This document shows, one piece after another, positions 45,755 through 55,246 of a stretch of DNA of 64,000 nt (positions are counted from its first letter, which is position 1; each line of letters opens with the position of its first letter). Under the pieces are notes generated by a model. The model ran no database searches. It was not told the DNA's origin and saw only the letters and a program-made list of their open reading frames with translations. Source of the DNA: Microbacteriaceae bacterium (GTDB taxonomy: Bacteria > Actinomycetota > Actinomycetes > Actinomycetales > Microbacteriaceae); contig SCRE01000004.1 in the NCBI GenBank assembly GCA_004297935.1, positions 28,357 to 92,356 of the forward strand, read 5' to 3'. The position numbers and the translations under genes are program-made.

Positions 45755-48700
45755 CTAAGCGCGCTGCAAATGTTCCTCGGACGCGACCCGCTGCCCGATG
45801 ACCGCCGAAACACCGTCTTGCCGCATCGAGACACCGTAGAGGGCATCCGCGATCTCCATGGTGCGCTTCTGGTGCGTGATGACGATCAACTGACTGGCCT
45901 CCCGCAATGACTCGAAGATCGACAGCAGCCGGCCGAGGTTCGCATCGTCCAAGGCGGCTTCAACCTCATCCATGATGTAGAACGGGCTCGGCCGCGCCTT
46001 GAAAATCGCAATCAGCAACGCGACAGCCGCCAACGAACGCTCACCACCGGACAGCAGCGACAATCGCTCGATCTTCTTGCCCGCGGGTTTCACCGAGACC
46101 TCGATGCCCGTGGTCAACATGTTCTCCGGATCGGTCAAGAAGATGCTGCCCGCGCCGCCCGGGAACAACACAGGGAACACGTCCGCGAAAGCGGCCCTCG
46201 TGTCTTCGAACGCGTCCGAAAAGATCGACTCCATCTTGCCGTCGATCTCCTCGATGATCGTCAGGAGATCCTTACGCGTTTTCGTCAAATCCGTGAGCTG
46301 TTCTGTCAAGAACTTGTGCCGCTGCTCGAGCGCAGCAAACTCCTCGAGCGCGAGCGGATTGACCCGACCTAACTGGGCGAACTTACGCTCCGCCCGCTCC
46401 AAGCGCTTCTGCTGCTGCTCACGATTGAACGGGATACCGGTCGGCTCGGGCTCCGCCGAGTCATCTCGGTCTCGATACACTCGTTCCTCGCTACTCGACC
46501 ACCGAGGTGCCGGTGCCGGCGAGTCATCCGACGGGATCGGCACGTCGGGGCCGTACTCCGCGACGAGCACGTCCTCGACCAGCCCGAGTTCGCTGCCGGC
46601 GCGCTCCAGCAGGCCGGAGAGGTGCAGCTTCTTCTCGTAGATCTGCAATTCCAGCCCGTGCACGCTCTCGCTGATCGCCTGCAGCCGCTCCCGCAGTACC
46701 GCCTCCTCGAGGCGCAACGCCGTCAATTCCTGATTCTGCTCGGCCCGCGCCGCCTCGGCGGTGGCGAGCTCGACCCTCGCCTGGGCCACCGACCGGTCGA
46801 CGGAATCCAGCACGGCGGGCAGCGACGCGATCACCGCACGTGCCGCCTCGATCTGTCGATTGCGGATGACGGCACGCCGCGCGGCCGCTTCGGCCGCAGC
46901 CCGCTCGGCCTCCAGCTGGCGCAGGAGCGCGTCCGCGCGCGCCTGCTCGGCTCTCACCCGCTCCTTCGCCGTCTCCAGCGTCAACCGGGCTTCGACCTCG
47001 CTCTCCCGTGCGGCTTCCAGTTCGGCGAACAGCGCGTCCCGCGCGCCGACGTCGAGGATCGGCCGGGGTCTGGCCTGTGCCGTCTCGAGAGCGGCCTTGG
47101 CGCGCTCGGCGGCGGCCTCGGCATCCGCGACGCTCTCGCCTGCCACCGCCAGCGCGACCCGGAGTCGCTCCGATTCCGCAGCGGATGCCTCCACCTGCAC
47201 CCTGAGCCGGTTCAGCTGCTCCGTCTGTGCGGCCAGCGATGCATCGAACTCCCGCAGCGACGCCAGCGCCCGCGCCGACTGATCCTTCGACACCTGATGG
47301 ATGCCGCGCTGCTCGGCCAGCGCGAATTTCGCCCGGTCGATCAGGGAGAGCACCTGGCCGTGCCGCTCCGCGGCCGCGTCCCGATCGGCCACCAGCTCCA
47401 GTCTGCTGCGCTTCGCGCCGGACCCGCCGCGCAGCACGTATCGACTGAGCACGTCGCCTGCCTTCGTGATCACGGTGATCCCGCTCGCGTCCGTACCGGC
47501 ACCCGCGTCCGCCGTGTCGAACCTCGCCCACACGGCGCGAGCGACCTCGAGGTCATCGGCGATCACGACGTGCGAGAGCAATCCGAGCACCCCGGACGGC
47601 GCCGTCACGACGCTACGGGCGCCGACGGCGCCACCCGGCAACGCCCCATTCGCGACACCGGCAACAACGGATGCTCCCGGACCGGCCGATGCCCCTGGAC
47701 CAGCAGACGCTCCTGGACCAGCAGACGCTCCTGGACCAGCAGACGCTCCCGTCCCAACTGTGCCTCCGTCTGCATCCTCTGCCAGCAGCAGTTCGACGCG
47801 GCCCAGCTCGGCGGTTCTGGCTCGCTCCAGCGCATCGATGCCGGCGTCGCGATTCTCGGCGAGCACGGCGTCGGCGAGCGTGCCCAGCGCTGCGGCAATT
47901 GCTGCCTCGAAGCCCGGCTTCACCTGCACGTGCTCGGCGACGAGCCCTCGGATGCCGGGCAACCGGGCAGCGACCAGTGCGCTCGAACCGTCCTTCTGAT
48001 CGAGCGCGGACGACAACGCGCTGGTTCGGGCGGCCAGTGCGTCCCGTTCCCGTTCGAGCGTGTGCAGTTCCTCGCGCAGTCGTTCGATCTCGCCCTCCGC
48101 CTCGAACACCTCTGCCTGAGCATGTTCGTACGCCTCGTCGAGGTCGTTCTCGCCGGCATCAGACACGGCGGCTTCAGCCTCGGCCGCGGCGAACTGTCCG
48201 CGCGCCGCATCGTGCCGCTCGGTGGCCGCGTCGAGCGCATTGCTCTGGCGCAGCACCGCACCGCGCACCGCCGCCAGTCGCGAGGCAGCGGCGTCCGCCT
48301 GTCCGGAAAGCTTCGTGATCTCCAGGTCGTGTTTGGAGACCAGGGCGCTCTGGGCGGCGATCTCCTCGTCGAGCGCGTCGAGCCGGGTGCGCGCTGTCAG
48401 GGTCGCGGCACGCGCGGCATTCCATGCGGCATCCGATTCCTCGACCGTTTCGAGAAGCCGCGCTGATTCCTCCCGTGCGGCGTCCACCAGTTGCTGGCTC
48501 ACGGTCACGGCCGGGTCGCCGGACTCCGCCTGCGAGCCGAGCAGCGCGAGCCGCTGATTGGCCAGTGTGTACAGGCCGCGCAGCCGTTCCTGCACGGATT
48601 CGAGACCGAATGTCGTGCGGCGCGCGCCGTCGACGGCGTCGGACACCTGCGCCTGCTCGAGACGGCCGATGCGCAACTGCTTCTGCTCCAACTGCTCCTG

Positions 48701-49474
48701 CAGCACGATGCGCTCGCTGTGCCGCTCGTTCTCCGAACGATTGTGCACGTCGAGCGCCTGCCGCAGCGACACGACCTCGTCTGCCAGCAGCCGGGCACGG
48801 GCATCCCGCACGACCGCTGCGATCGACTGAGCCTCGCGCGCGATCTCCGCCTGGTGCCCGAGCGGCTTGAGCTGCCTGCGGATCTCACCCGCTAGATCGC
48901 TGAGTCTCGTGAGGTTGGTCTGCATCGCATCGAGTTTGCGCAGGGTCTTCTCCTTGCGTCGACGATGCTTCAGGATGCCCGCAGCCTCTTCGATGAACCC
49001 GCGCCGCTCCTCGGGCGACGCCCGCAACACGGCATCCAGTTGGCCCTGCCCGACGATCACGTGCATCTCCCGGCCGAGGCCGGAGTCGCTCAGCAGCTCC
49101 TGCACGTCCAGCAGTCGACAAGCCTGCCCGTTGATGGCATATTCGCTGCCGCCGTTGCGGAACAGCGTGCGGCTGATCGTGACCTCGGAGTATTCGATCG
49201 GCAGAGCACCGTCGGCGTTGTCGATCGTCAGAGTCACTTCGGCACGGCCGAGGGGGCCGCGCAACGACGTGCCGGCGAAGATGACGTCTTCCATCTTTCC
49301 GCCGCGCAACGTCTTGACTCCCTGCTCGCCCATCACCCAGGCGAGCGCGTCGACGACATTCGACTTGCCCGACCCGTTCGGGCCGACCACGCAGGTGACG
49401 CCGGGCTCGAACGCGAAGGTGGTCGCCTGCGCGAAGGACTTGAACCCCTTCAGGGTCAGGCTCTTCAAGAACAC
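45755..49474 (-). CDS. smc: Chromosome segregation protein SMC
   Basis: LKGFKSFA, GPNGSGKSN, long coiled coils, LSGGERS, IMDEVEAALD, ITHQKRTM. Confidence 0.98.
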   Translation of the reverse strand: MFLKSLTLKGFKSFAQATTFAFEPGVTCVVGPNGSGKSNVVDALAWVMGEQGVKTLRGGKMEDVIFAGTSLRGPLGRAEVTLTIDNADGALPIEYSEVTISRTLFRNGGSEYAINGQACRLLDVQELLSDSGLGREMHVIVGQGQLDAVLRASPEERRGFIEEAAGILKHRRRKEKTLRKLDAMQTNLTRLSDLAGEIRRQLKPLGHQAEIAREAQSIAAVVRDARARLLADEVVSLRQALDVHNRSENERHSERIVLQEQLEQKQLRIGRLEQAQVSDAVDGARRTTFGLESVQERLRGLYTLANQRLALLGSQAESGDPAVTVSQQLVDAAREESARLLETVEESDAAWNAARAATLTARTRLDALDEEIAAQSALVSKHDLEITKLSGQADAAASRLAAVRGAVLRQSNALDAATERHDAARGQFAAAEAEAAVSDAGENDLDEAYEHAQAEVFEAEGEIERLREELHTLERERDALAARTSALSSALDQKDGSSALVAARLPGIRGLVAEHVQVKPGFEAAIAAALGTLADAVLAENRDAGIDALERARTAELGRVELLLAEDADGGTVGTGASAGPGASAGPGASAGPGASAGPGASVVAGVANGALPGGAVGARSVVTAPSGVLGLLSHVVIADDLEVARAVWARFDTADAGAGTDASGITVITKAGDVLSRYVLRGGSGAKRSRLELVADRDAAAERHGQVLSLIDRAKFALAEQRGIHQVSKDQSARALASLREFDASLAAQTEQLNRLRVQVEASAAESERLRVALAVAGESVADAEAAAERAKAALETAQARPRPILDVGARDALFAELEAARESEVEARLTLETAKERVRAEQARADALLRQLEAERAAAEAAARRAVIRNRQIEAARAVIASLPAVLDSVDRSVAQARVELATAEAARAEQNQELTALRLEEAVLRERLQAISESVHGLELQIYEKKLHLSGLLERAGSELGLVEDVLVAEYGPDVPIPSDDSPAPAPRWSSSEERVYRDRDDSAEPEPTGIPFNREQQQKRLERAERKFAQLGRVNPLALEEFAALEQRHKFLTEQLTDLTKTRKDLLTIIEEIDGKMESIFSDAFEDTRAAFADVFPVLFPGGAGSIFLTDPENMLTTGIEVSVKPAGKKIERLSLLSGGERSLAAVALLIAIFKARPSPFYIMDEVEAALDDANLGRLLSIFESLREASQLIVITHQKRTMEIADALYGVSMRQDGVSAVIGQRVASEEHLQRA
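46467..46504. repeat. REP-like palindromic element embedded in frame in smc
   Basis: cggtctcgatacactcgttcctcgctactcgaccaccg; resembles GGTCTCGATAC...CTACTCGACC repeats I recall from actinobacterial intergenic regions; translates as RWSSSEERVYRDR. Confidence 0.6.
47676..47747 (-). repeat. 18-bp VNTR in the SMC hinge region (GASAGP x4)
   Basis: Three perfect copies of cctggaccagcagacgct (47694-47747) plus one degenerate copy (47676-47693). Confidence 0.95.
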
Positions 49475-49564
49475 CCGGCGCCCCTCCCCGTCCGCTGCCC
49501 GCGACACCTGGTAATACGGTACCGGACTCGGCCGGTGCAGCCGCGCAACGCCGCGACCCCGCAG

Positions 49565-50455
49565 CTACAGACTGAAGCCGCCGTCGCTGGTCAACACCTG
49601 CCCGACGACCCACCGCCCGTCGTCGGAGACAAGCCAGCCGATCAGGCGTGCAGGGTCGTCCGGAGCGCCGAAACGTCCGAACGGCATCGAGCGCAGGTGC
49701 TCCTCGATGATTCCCGCCGGACGATCGCTGCTGTCCGGGTCGAGATATCCGGTGTTCACCGGCCCAGGATTGACCGTGTTGAGGATGATCCCTCGGGTCA
49801 GCAGCTCACTCGCCACCGTCACCGTCAGACCCGCCAATGCGGCTTTGCTGCCCGCGTACGCGACTTCGCCCGGCATCGGACCGAGAAGCTGGCCTGAGGT
49901 CAACCAGATCACGCGACCCGTTGCGAACTCATCGAACGGCCCGACGGACACCTGTCGCACACCCGGTTGCGTCGCCTCCTCCCGCACGGTCTCGCCGGAG
50001 AACTGCGCGGCGAATCGTCGGGTCAACAGCACCGTCGACCGGGTGTTGACCTGCCAGTGGGCGTCCAGCCGCTCAGCCGTCATGTCGAAGATCGAACCGT
50101 CACCGCCGCCACGGGCGTGATTGCAGACGAGGATCCGCAAACGGCCGACGGCGGACACGGCAGCATCGATCACGCGCCCGGGGGCCGCCGGATCCGCCAT
50201 GTCCGCGCTGAGGTCTCCGAACAGGGCGTCCGGATGCTGTGCCGAACGGATTCCATCGCGCACGGCATCGAGATCGTCCGCACCCCACGGCTGTGTCGCA
50301 TCGTGCGCCGAAAAGTGGTGGACGAACACGTTCGCGCCGAGTTCTGCCAGCCGCACGGCGATCGCATAGCCGATCCCCCGCCGGCGCGACACCCCGGTGA
50401 CCAGCGCGGAACGCCCCAGCAATGGATAGGCGGTGCTCGCACGATCCTCAGGCAT
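49565..50455 (-). CDS. SDR family oxidoreductase
   Basis: LVTGVSRRRGIG, VCNHA, YAGSKAAL, VNPGPVNTG, VVGQVLTSDGG. Confidence 0.9.
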   Translation of the reverse strand: MPEDRASTAYPLLGRSALVTGVSRRRGIGYAIAVRLAELGANVFVHHFSAHDATQPWGADDLDAVRDGIRSAQHPDALFGDLSADMADPAAPGRVIDAAVSAVGRLRILVCNHARGGGDGSIFDMTAERLDAHWQVNTRSTVLLTRRFAAQFSGETVREEATQPGVRQVSVGPFDEFATGRVIWLTSGQLLGPMPGEVAYAGSKAALAGLTVTVASELLTRGIILNTVNPGPVNTGYLDPDSSDRPAGIIEEHLRSMPFGRFGAPDDPARLIGWLVSDDGRWVVGQVLTSDGGFSL

Positions 50456-50457
50456 GA

Positions 50458-51405
50458 TCACGACTGTAGCAAGCGGGGCGCGCGCAGCCTCTGGCAGTGC
50501 GGACAGAAGTGCGACGAGCGGTTCATGAACGCCTCGCGCACCATCGCCCGCCCGCAGCGCGGGCACGGTTTGCCGTGCTGCCCGTAGGCGTTGAGGCTGT
50601 GCGAGAAGTAGCCGGATGCCCCATTCACGTTCACATAGTGCGCGTCGAAGCTGGTCCCGCCCTCCGCCAACGCCTTGGCGAGCACGAGCCGAACCTCGGT
50701 CAGCAGCGTCTGAGCCTTTCGACGGCTCAGCGTTGCTGCCGGCTGGGCGAAGTGCACGCGCGCCGCCCAGAGCGCCTCATCCGCGTAGATGTTGCCGATT
50801 CCGCTGATCAGGGTCTGGTCGAGCAGCGCCCGCTTGATTCCCGTGTTCTTGTGCTGAAGCACCGCTAGGAAGGCGGCATCCGAAAACGCCGGATCGAGCG
50901 GATCGCGCGCGATGTGCGCGACCTGGCTCGGGACCAGTGCCGCAGCATCGCCGAATCCGCCTGACGCGGCATCCGCGGTGGCGACCATGCGGTCCACTGC
51001 CATCGAGCCGAAGATGCGCTGGTCGACGAAATGCAGCGCGAGCTCTCCGTGACCCGGATGCTGCACCAGCAGACGGATGCGCACGGGCCCGTCATCCGCC
51101 AGCGGCGCGCCGGCCTCACGCAGCAGCACCTGCCCGCTCATCCCGAGGTGCACGAGCAATGCCGAAACCGAGGCGGCAGATCGGGCGGAGGCAACCGGGT
51201 CTACCAGCGGCAGCCACAGGAACTTCCCTCGCCGCACCGCCGCACCGATTCGCTGCCCGGTCAGCCGGGCAGCGAAGTCGCCTGCGGCAGGATCGTGCCG
51301 GCGCAGCGAACGCGTGTCGAACACCTCGACGGACAAGACCGTCGCGCCGGTCACGGCGGGCGCAAGGCCTGCCCGCACGACTTCGACCTCAGGAAGTTCG
51401 GGCAT
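50458..51405 (-). CDS. mutM: Formamidopyrimidine-DNA glycosylase
   Basis: MPELPEVE, HLGMSG, GIGNIYADE, CPRC...FCPHCQ zinc finger. Confidence 0.98.
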   Translation of the reverse strand: MPELPEVEVVRAGLAPAVTGATVLSVEVFDTRSLRRHDPAAGDFAARLTGQRIGAAVRRGKFLWLPLVDPVASARSAASVSALLVHLGMSGQVLLREAGAPLADDGPVRIRLLVQHPGHGELALHFVDQRIFGSMAVDRMVATADAASGGFGDAAALVPSQVAHIARDPLDPAFSDAAFLAVLQHKNTGIKRALLDQTLISGIGNIYADEALWAARVHFAQPAATLSRRKAQTLLTEVRLVLAKALAEGGTSFDAHYVNVNGASGYFSHSLNAYGQHGKPCPRCGRAMVREAFMNRSSHFCPHCQRLRAPRLLQS

Positions 51406-52105
51406 TCAACCGCGTCCATGCATCGAGCGCGGCGGCCATCTCGGCGTGCTTCTTGCTGGTGCCTTCACCCGTCGCAGTAATCACACCGGGCACAGTGACG
51501 GTCGCACGGAACAACTTGTTGTGATCCGGGCCGGAGTCGGTGACCGCATAGCTCGGTGCCGGGGCGCCGAGTTGCGATGCGGCCTCCTGCAGGCTGGTCT
51601 TGGGGTCCACCGCGGCCCCGAACCGACTCGGGTCGTCGAGCAGCGGCGCGATCAGGCGCAGCACGAGCGCGGTCGCGACGTCGCCGCCGGCACTGATGTA
51701 GGTCGCGCCGATGATCGCCTCGACGGTGTCGGCAAGGATCGACGACTTCTCGGCGCCGCCGCTCCGCGCTTCGCCGCGGCCGAGGCGCAGATACGCACCG
51801 AGCCCGATCCCCCGTGCGACTTCTGCCAGCGCGACGCTGCTGACAAGCCCTGCCCTTCGCTTTGCGAGGTCGCCCTCGTCCAACGACGGATGCGTGCGGT
51901 ACAGCATGACCGTCACGGCCTGCCCCAGGATCGAATCCCCGAGGAACTCGAGTCGCTCGTTGTTCGGGATGCCGCCGTGCTCATATGCGTATGAACGATG
52001 CGTCAGGGCAAGAGTCAGCAGCTCGATGTCGATGGCGACACCGAGCGTGCGCTGCAGTGCGTCGAGTTGGTCTGTGCGCTCTCGCGCGTCGTCCGCTCCC
52101 GGCAT
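51389..52105 (-). CDS. rnc: Ribonuclease III
   Basis: NNERLEFLGD, ILADTVEAIIGA, dsRBD DPKTSLQE...SKKHAEMAAA. Confidence 0.98.
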   Translation of the reverse strand: MPGADDARERTDQLDALQRTLGVAIDIELLTLALTHRSYAYEHGGIPNNERLEFLGDSILGQAVTVMLYRTHPSLDEGDLAKRRAGLVSSVALAEVARGIGLGAYLRLGRGEARSGGAEKSSILADTVEAIIGATYISAGGDVATALVLRLIAPLLDDPSRFGAAVDPKTSLQEAASQLGAPAPSYAVTDSGPDHNKLFRATVTVPGVITATGEGTSKKHAEMAAALDAWTRLNARTS

Positions 52106-52118
52106 CCGGCGCCGCCGA

Positions 52119-52322
52119 TCAGACGTCGGCGACCTTACGACCCTTGTATTCCAGGAACAGCGGGGTACCTGCCGAGTCTTCGACAACCTTCGCACGGTGC
52201 GGCAGGCTGTAGGTGACCTTGCCGTTTTCGACGGTCTTGACGAGCGTGGGGACCTCGGCCTTCCACTGCGAACGGCGCGAGTGCGTGTTCGAGCGGGACT
52301 TCTTCCGCTTCGGTACGGCCAT
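52119..52322 (-). CDS. rpmF: 50S ribosomal protein L32 (zinc-free type)
   Basis: [26 protein letters not shown]; no CxxC. Confidence 0.97.
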   Translation of the reverse strand: MAVPKRKKSRSNTHSRRSQWKAEVPTLVKTVENGKVTYSLPHRAKVVEDSAGTPLFLEYKGRKVADV

Positions 52323-52324
52323 GT

Positions 52325-52957
52325 CTATCTCTCTTCTCTGTTGTCCAAATCGGTGCGGGCAAAATCGGTGTCGTGCACGTGGTCGTCGTGGGTTCCAGCA
52401 GTACTGGCCGCACGGTCCGAGGCGGCAAACCCTGCCAGCGCAGACCACCGTGGATCTGTGTCCTCTGGTGGCGAATAGTCGAAGGGCTCCGCCAGCCGTT
52501 CCCCCGTGTCGGGGTCGAGACCGGGGCAGTCGGCTTGACATACCGGCTGAAACGGCAACGCGAGGACCACCGCGTCTCTGACCAGAGGTTCAAGATCCAC
52601 ATGGTCATCGTGAACCTCGGAGTCAAAAGCTTCTCCAGAAGAATACGCGAAAAGTTCCTGGAAATCGACTTCAACGGGCAGCGCGATGTCTTTCAGACAG
52701 CGCCCGCACTCACCGACCGCCGTCGCGGAAGCCTCCGCGCTGACCAGGATACCCTCGTGAACGGACTCCATCCGCAGCCGCAGTTCGAGCGTGTCACCCT
52801 GCGCGACGGCGACGAGTCCTTCGCCGAGACGCTCCGCGACGATGATCGTCAACTCCTGTTCCCGCATCTCGCCGGGCCGATGCATCAGATCGTGAACACC
52901 GATGACGAACGGGCTGCGCTGGTTGTCAGTCTGATTGCCGACTTTGTTGCTTGCCAC
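52325..52957 (-). CDS. YceD/DUF177 family protein
   Basis: [37 protein letters not shown]. Confidence 0.93.
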   Translation of the reverse strand: MASNKVGNQTDNQRSPFVIGVHDLMHRPGEMREQELTIIVAERLGEGLVAVAQGDTLELRLRMESVHEGILVSAEASATAVGECGRCLKDIALPVEVDFQELFAYSSGEAFDSEVHDDHVDLEPLVRDAVVLALPFQPVCQADCPGLDPDTGERLAEPFDYSPPEDTDPRWSALAGFAASDRAASTAGTHDDHVHDTDFARTDLDNREER

Positions 52958-52984
52958 TGCACAATTCTACCCGGAGCGTCCTGC

Positions 52985-55246
52985 CTACGCGGTCAGCCTG
53001 GCCCGCCCGCGCAATTGATCGGTCTGCGGCAGCAGGGAGACCGGCAGCAGCACGGCGCGCGCACGCGCGGCCAGAGGCGCATGGGCGGCCAACGCCGCGA
53101 GCACTGCATGGAGTTCGCCCGCCCGATCGGGGTCGATCATCCCCTGCCCCGGACGACCGTATTCTTCCCGTTCCGTTGCCTCAAGCAGTGACTCCAACGC
53201 CGTCTGCGCATTGGCATCGGAATCGATGAGCTCTGCGATCCGCGCGGCGAATTCCCGCGGCGTCTGGGTGTCCGGTACGGCGATGCGCAGATCGCGGGCG
53301 CTCTGCCTGAGCTCCTTCCAGGCCAGCCGCGGACTTCCCCAGTCATCCCGCAGCAGCCGCAGGCGGGAATGCCGTTGCCAGCGACGCGCGCCAGCCGGCA
53401 GGAGCAGCAGCACCAGCACGAACAGGCCGACCAGAACACTCGACAGAACGGCGCCGAGCGCCTGCGCCGCGGTGGCTTGCGTCGTTCCACTCCCCCGGTT
53501 CGCCCTGTCCGACCCCGGCGCGGGTGCGCCGGGCGAACGCGCCGGGGCCGTCGCGTTGGACTGGCCGGTGCTTGCGCCACCGGGGATCGTATACGCCGGA
53601 AGCGAACCGCGACTGACGGTCGGCTCGAACTGCACCCAGCCGACCCCGGCGAAGTACAGCTCGGGCCACGCGTGCAGTTCGTCCGACGTGACCTCGAAGA
53701 GCGTCTGGCCGTTGCGGGCACCCGCGACGGTACCGGGCAGATAGCCGATGCCGATGCGCGATGGAATGCCGAGCGTGCGCGCCATGATCGCCATCGCGGA
53801 TGCGAAGTGCACGCAGTATCCGCTCTTCACCTTCAAGAACGCGGCAATGGACTGCATGCTGTCGCCGTCGTAGGAGTTGTGCACCGGCGCGGTGGTCGAG
53901 TAGACGAAACCGTCATTCTGGAAGTAGTTCTGCAGGGCCACCGCCTTCTGATACTCGGTCGTGGCTCCCTGCGTGACCGTCGCCGCGGTGCGGGCGATGA
54001 TCGATGGGGCGTCGAACGGCACGAACAGATCGTGTGCGGAGACGCTGGTCGGAATCGCGCCGACTGCATCCGTCAGTTGCTGAGCCGTCGGCTCCAGGGC
54101 GAGGCCGTCCACTCGATACGACTGCCCCTGCGACGTCGAGGTGACCCCGGACACCGTCAGGTCGGCGGTGTTCCACAGCCACGAACCCTGCAGTCCCTGC
54201 ACACCGGTCGCCGGATACGGCGCCGGGATCCAGGCGCTCTCCATGTTCTGGATCTGGACATCCGTTCGGATCTTCGTCGAGGCGATCGCCGTGGACAGTC
54301 CAGGCACCGGACCGAAAACGCCGTCATCGGGCAAAGCCTTCGTCGAGCCGTCCCGGTGGCGCCAGATCGTTCCGGTGAACTGATCCAGTGAGGTCAGCCG
54401 CAGATACGGGGTGGTCCTGGAGGTTGTCGTATAGGTGAACACGGGCACGGGAACCGGCCTGCGCAGGTCCGCGCCCAGGTCGATCAGCGGATTGACCCCG
54501 GCACCGATCAGAATGCCGCTGCCGGAGATCCCTTGGCGCCCGATCTGCTGGAATCCGGGGGCGGTGGTCGACAGGGTCAGTGCGACCACGGTCACAGCGG
54601 CGGCGACGGACAGGGACATTCCGAGTTCGCCCCAGCCGTTGCTGCGCCGTCGCGTGTCCACGCGGAGGACGAGCAGGTATGCGACAACGCAGGCCACCAG
54701 TGCCAACGGCGGGATACCGGTCGGCAGCAGCAGTGACGGCACGATCAACATGATCGCCACGACGAGCGCGGTCAGCGCCGGCCGGCGCGCCCCGCACGCA
54801 ATGAGGTCGAGCAACAAGGCAGCGAGTCCGGCGAACAGCGTGATCAGGAACAAGAACTCCGGAAGGGAGTCGGCCGGAACCGCCTGCTGATCGAGCGAGA
54901 CGCGAGCAAGCGCCGACAGTTCGCCGAACCGCTGGAAGGTGGCGGCCGTCGGCAGAAATCCTCCGATGGCATGCCCGCCGTCGAACGCTGCCGTGAGTAT
55001 GATGAGCAACTCGACAGCGCCGATGGCCGGCACGAGAAGGCGCGGCACGCGGAGCATGCGCAGCGTCGCGGCGCTGACCAGCAGCAGAACGGATATCCCG
55101 ATGAACGCGAACCACCAACTCGGGCCGTCGATCAACCCGATCAGCCCGGTACTCGCGGCCACCACGAGCACGATGAGCGCTCCGGTCATCCGCCACTGGC
55201 CGTCGCGTACGCGCACGATGCCCTGCTGCGGCGCGACGCTAACCAT
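52985..55246 (-). CDS. Membrane-anchored transglutaminase-like protein (DUF3488/TgpA-type)
   Basis: N-terminal TM bundle; GYCVHFASAMA, HAWPE, WVQFEPT catalytic triad; C-terminal TM. Confidence 0.9.
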   Translation of the reverse strand: MVSVAPQQGIVRVRDGQWRMTGALIVLVVAASTGLIGLIDGPSWWFAFIGISVLLLVSAATLRMLRVPRLLVPAIGAVELLIILTAAFDGGHAIGGFLPTAATFQRFGELSALARVSLDQQAVPADSLPEFLFLITLFAGLAALLLDLIACGARRPALTALVVAIMLIVPSLLLPTGIPPLALVACVVAYLLVLRVDTRRRSNGWGELGMSLSVAAAVTVVALTLSTTAPGFQQIGRQGISGSGILIGAGVNPLIDLGADLRRPVPVPVFTYTTTSRTTPYLRLTSLDQFTGTIWRHRDGSTKALPDDGVFGPVPGLSTAIASTKIRTDVQIQNMESAWIPAPYPATGVQGLQGSWLWNTADLTVSGVTSTSQGQSYRVDGLALEPTAQQLTDAVGAIPTSVSAHDLFVPFDAPSIIARTAATVTQGATTEYQKAVALQNYFQNDGFVYSTTAPVHNSYDGDSMQSIAAFLKVKSGYCVHFASAMAIMARTLGIPSRIGIGYLPGTVAGARNGQTLFEVTSDELHAWPELYFAGVGWVQFEPTVSRGSLPAYTIPGGASTGQSNATAPARSPGAPAPGSDRANRGSGTTQATAAQALGAVLSSVLVGLFVLVLLLLPAGARRWQRHSRLRLLRDDWGSPRLAWKELRQSARDLRIAVPDTQTPREFAARIAELIDSDANAQTALESLLEATEREEYGRPGQGMIDPDRAGELHAVLAALAAHAPLAARARAVLLPVSLLPQTDQLRGRARLTA

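Noticed and set aside
47676-47747. Tandem repeats here and at 58892 and 62212 as CRISPR arrays
   Set aside because: Contiguous, spacer-less, multiples of three, inside coding sequences; no cas genes
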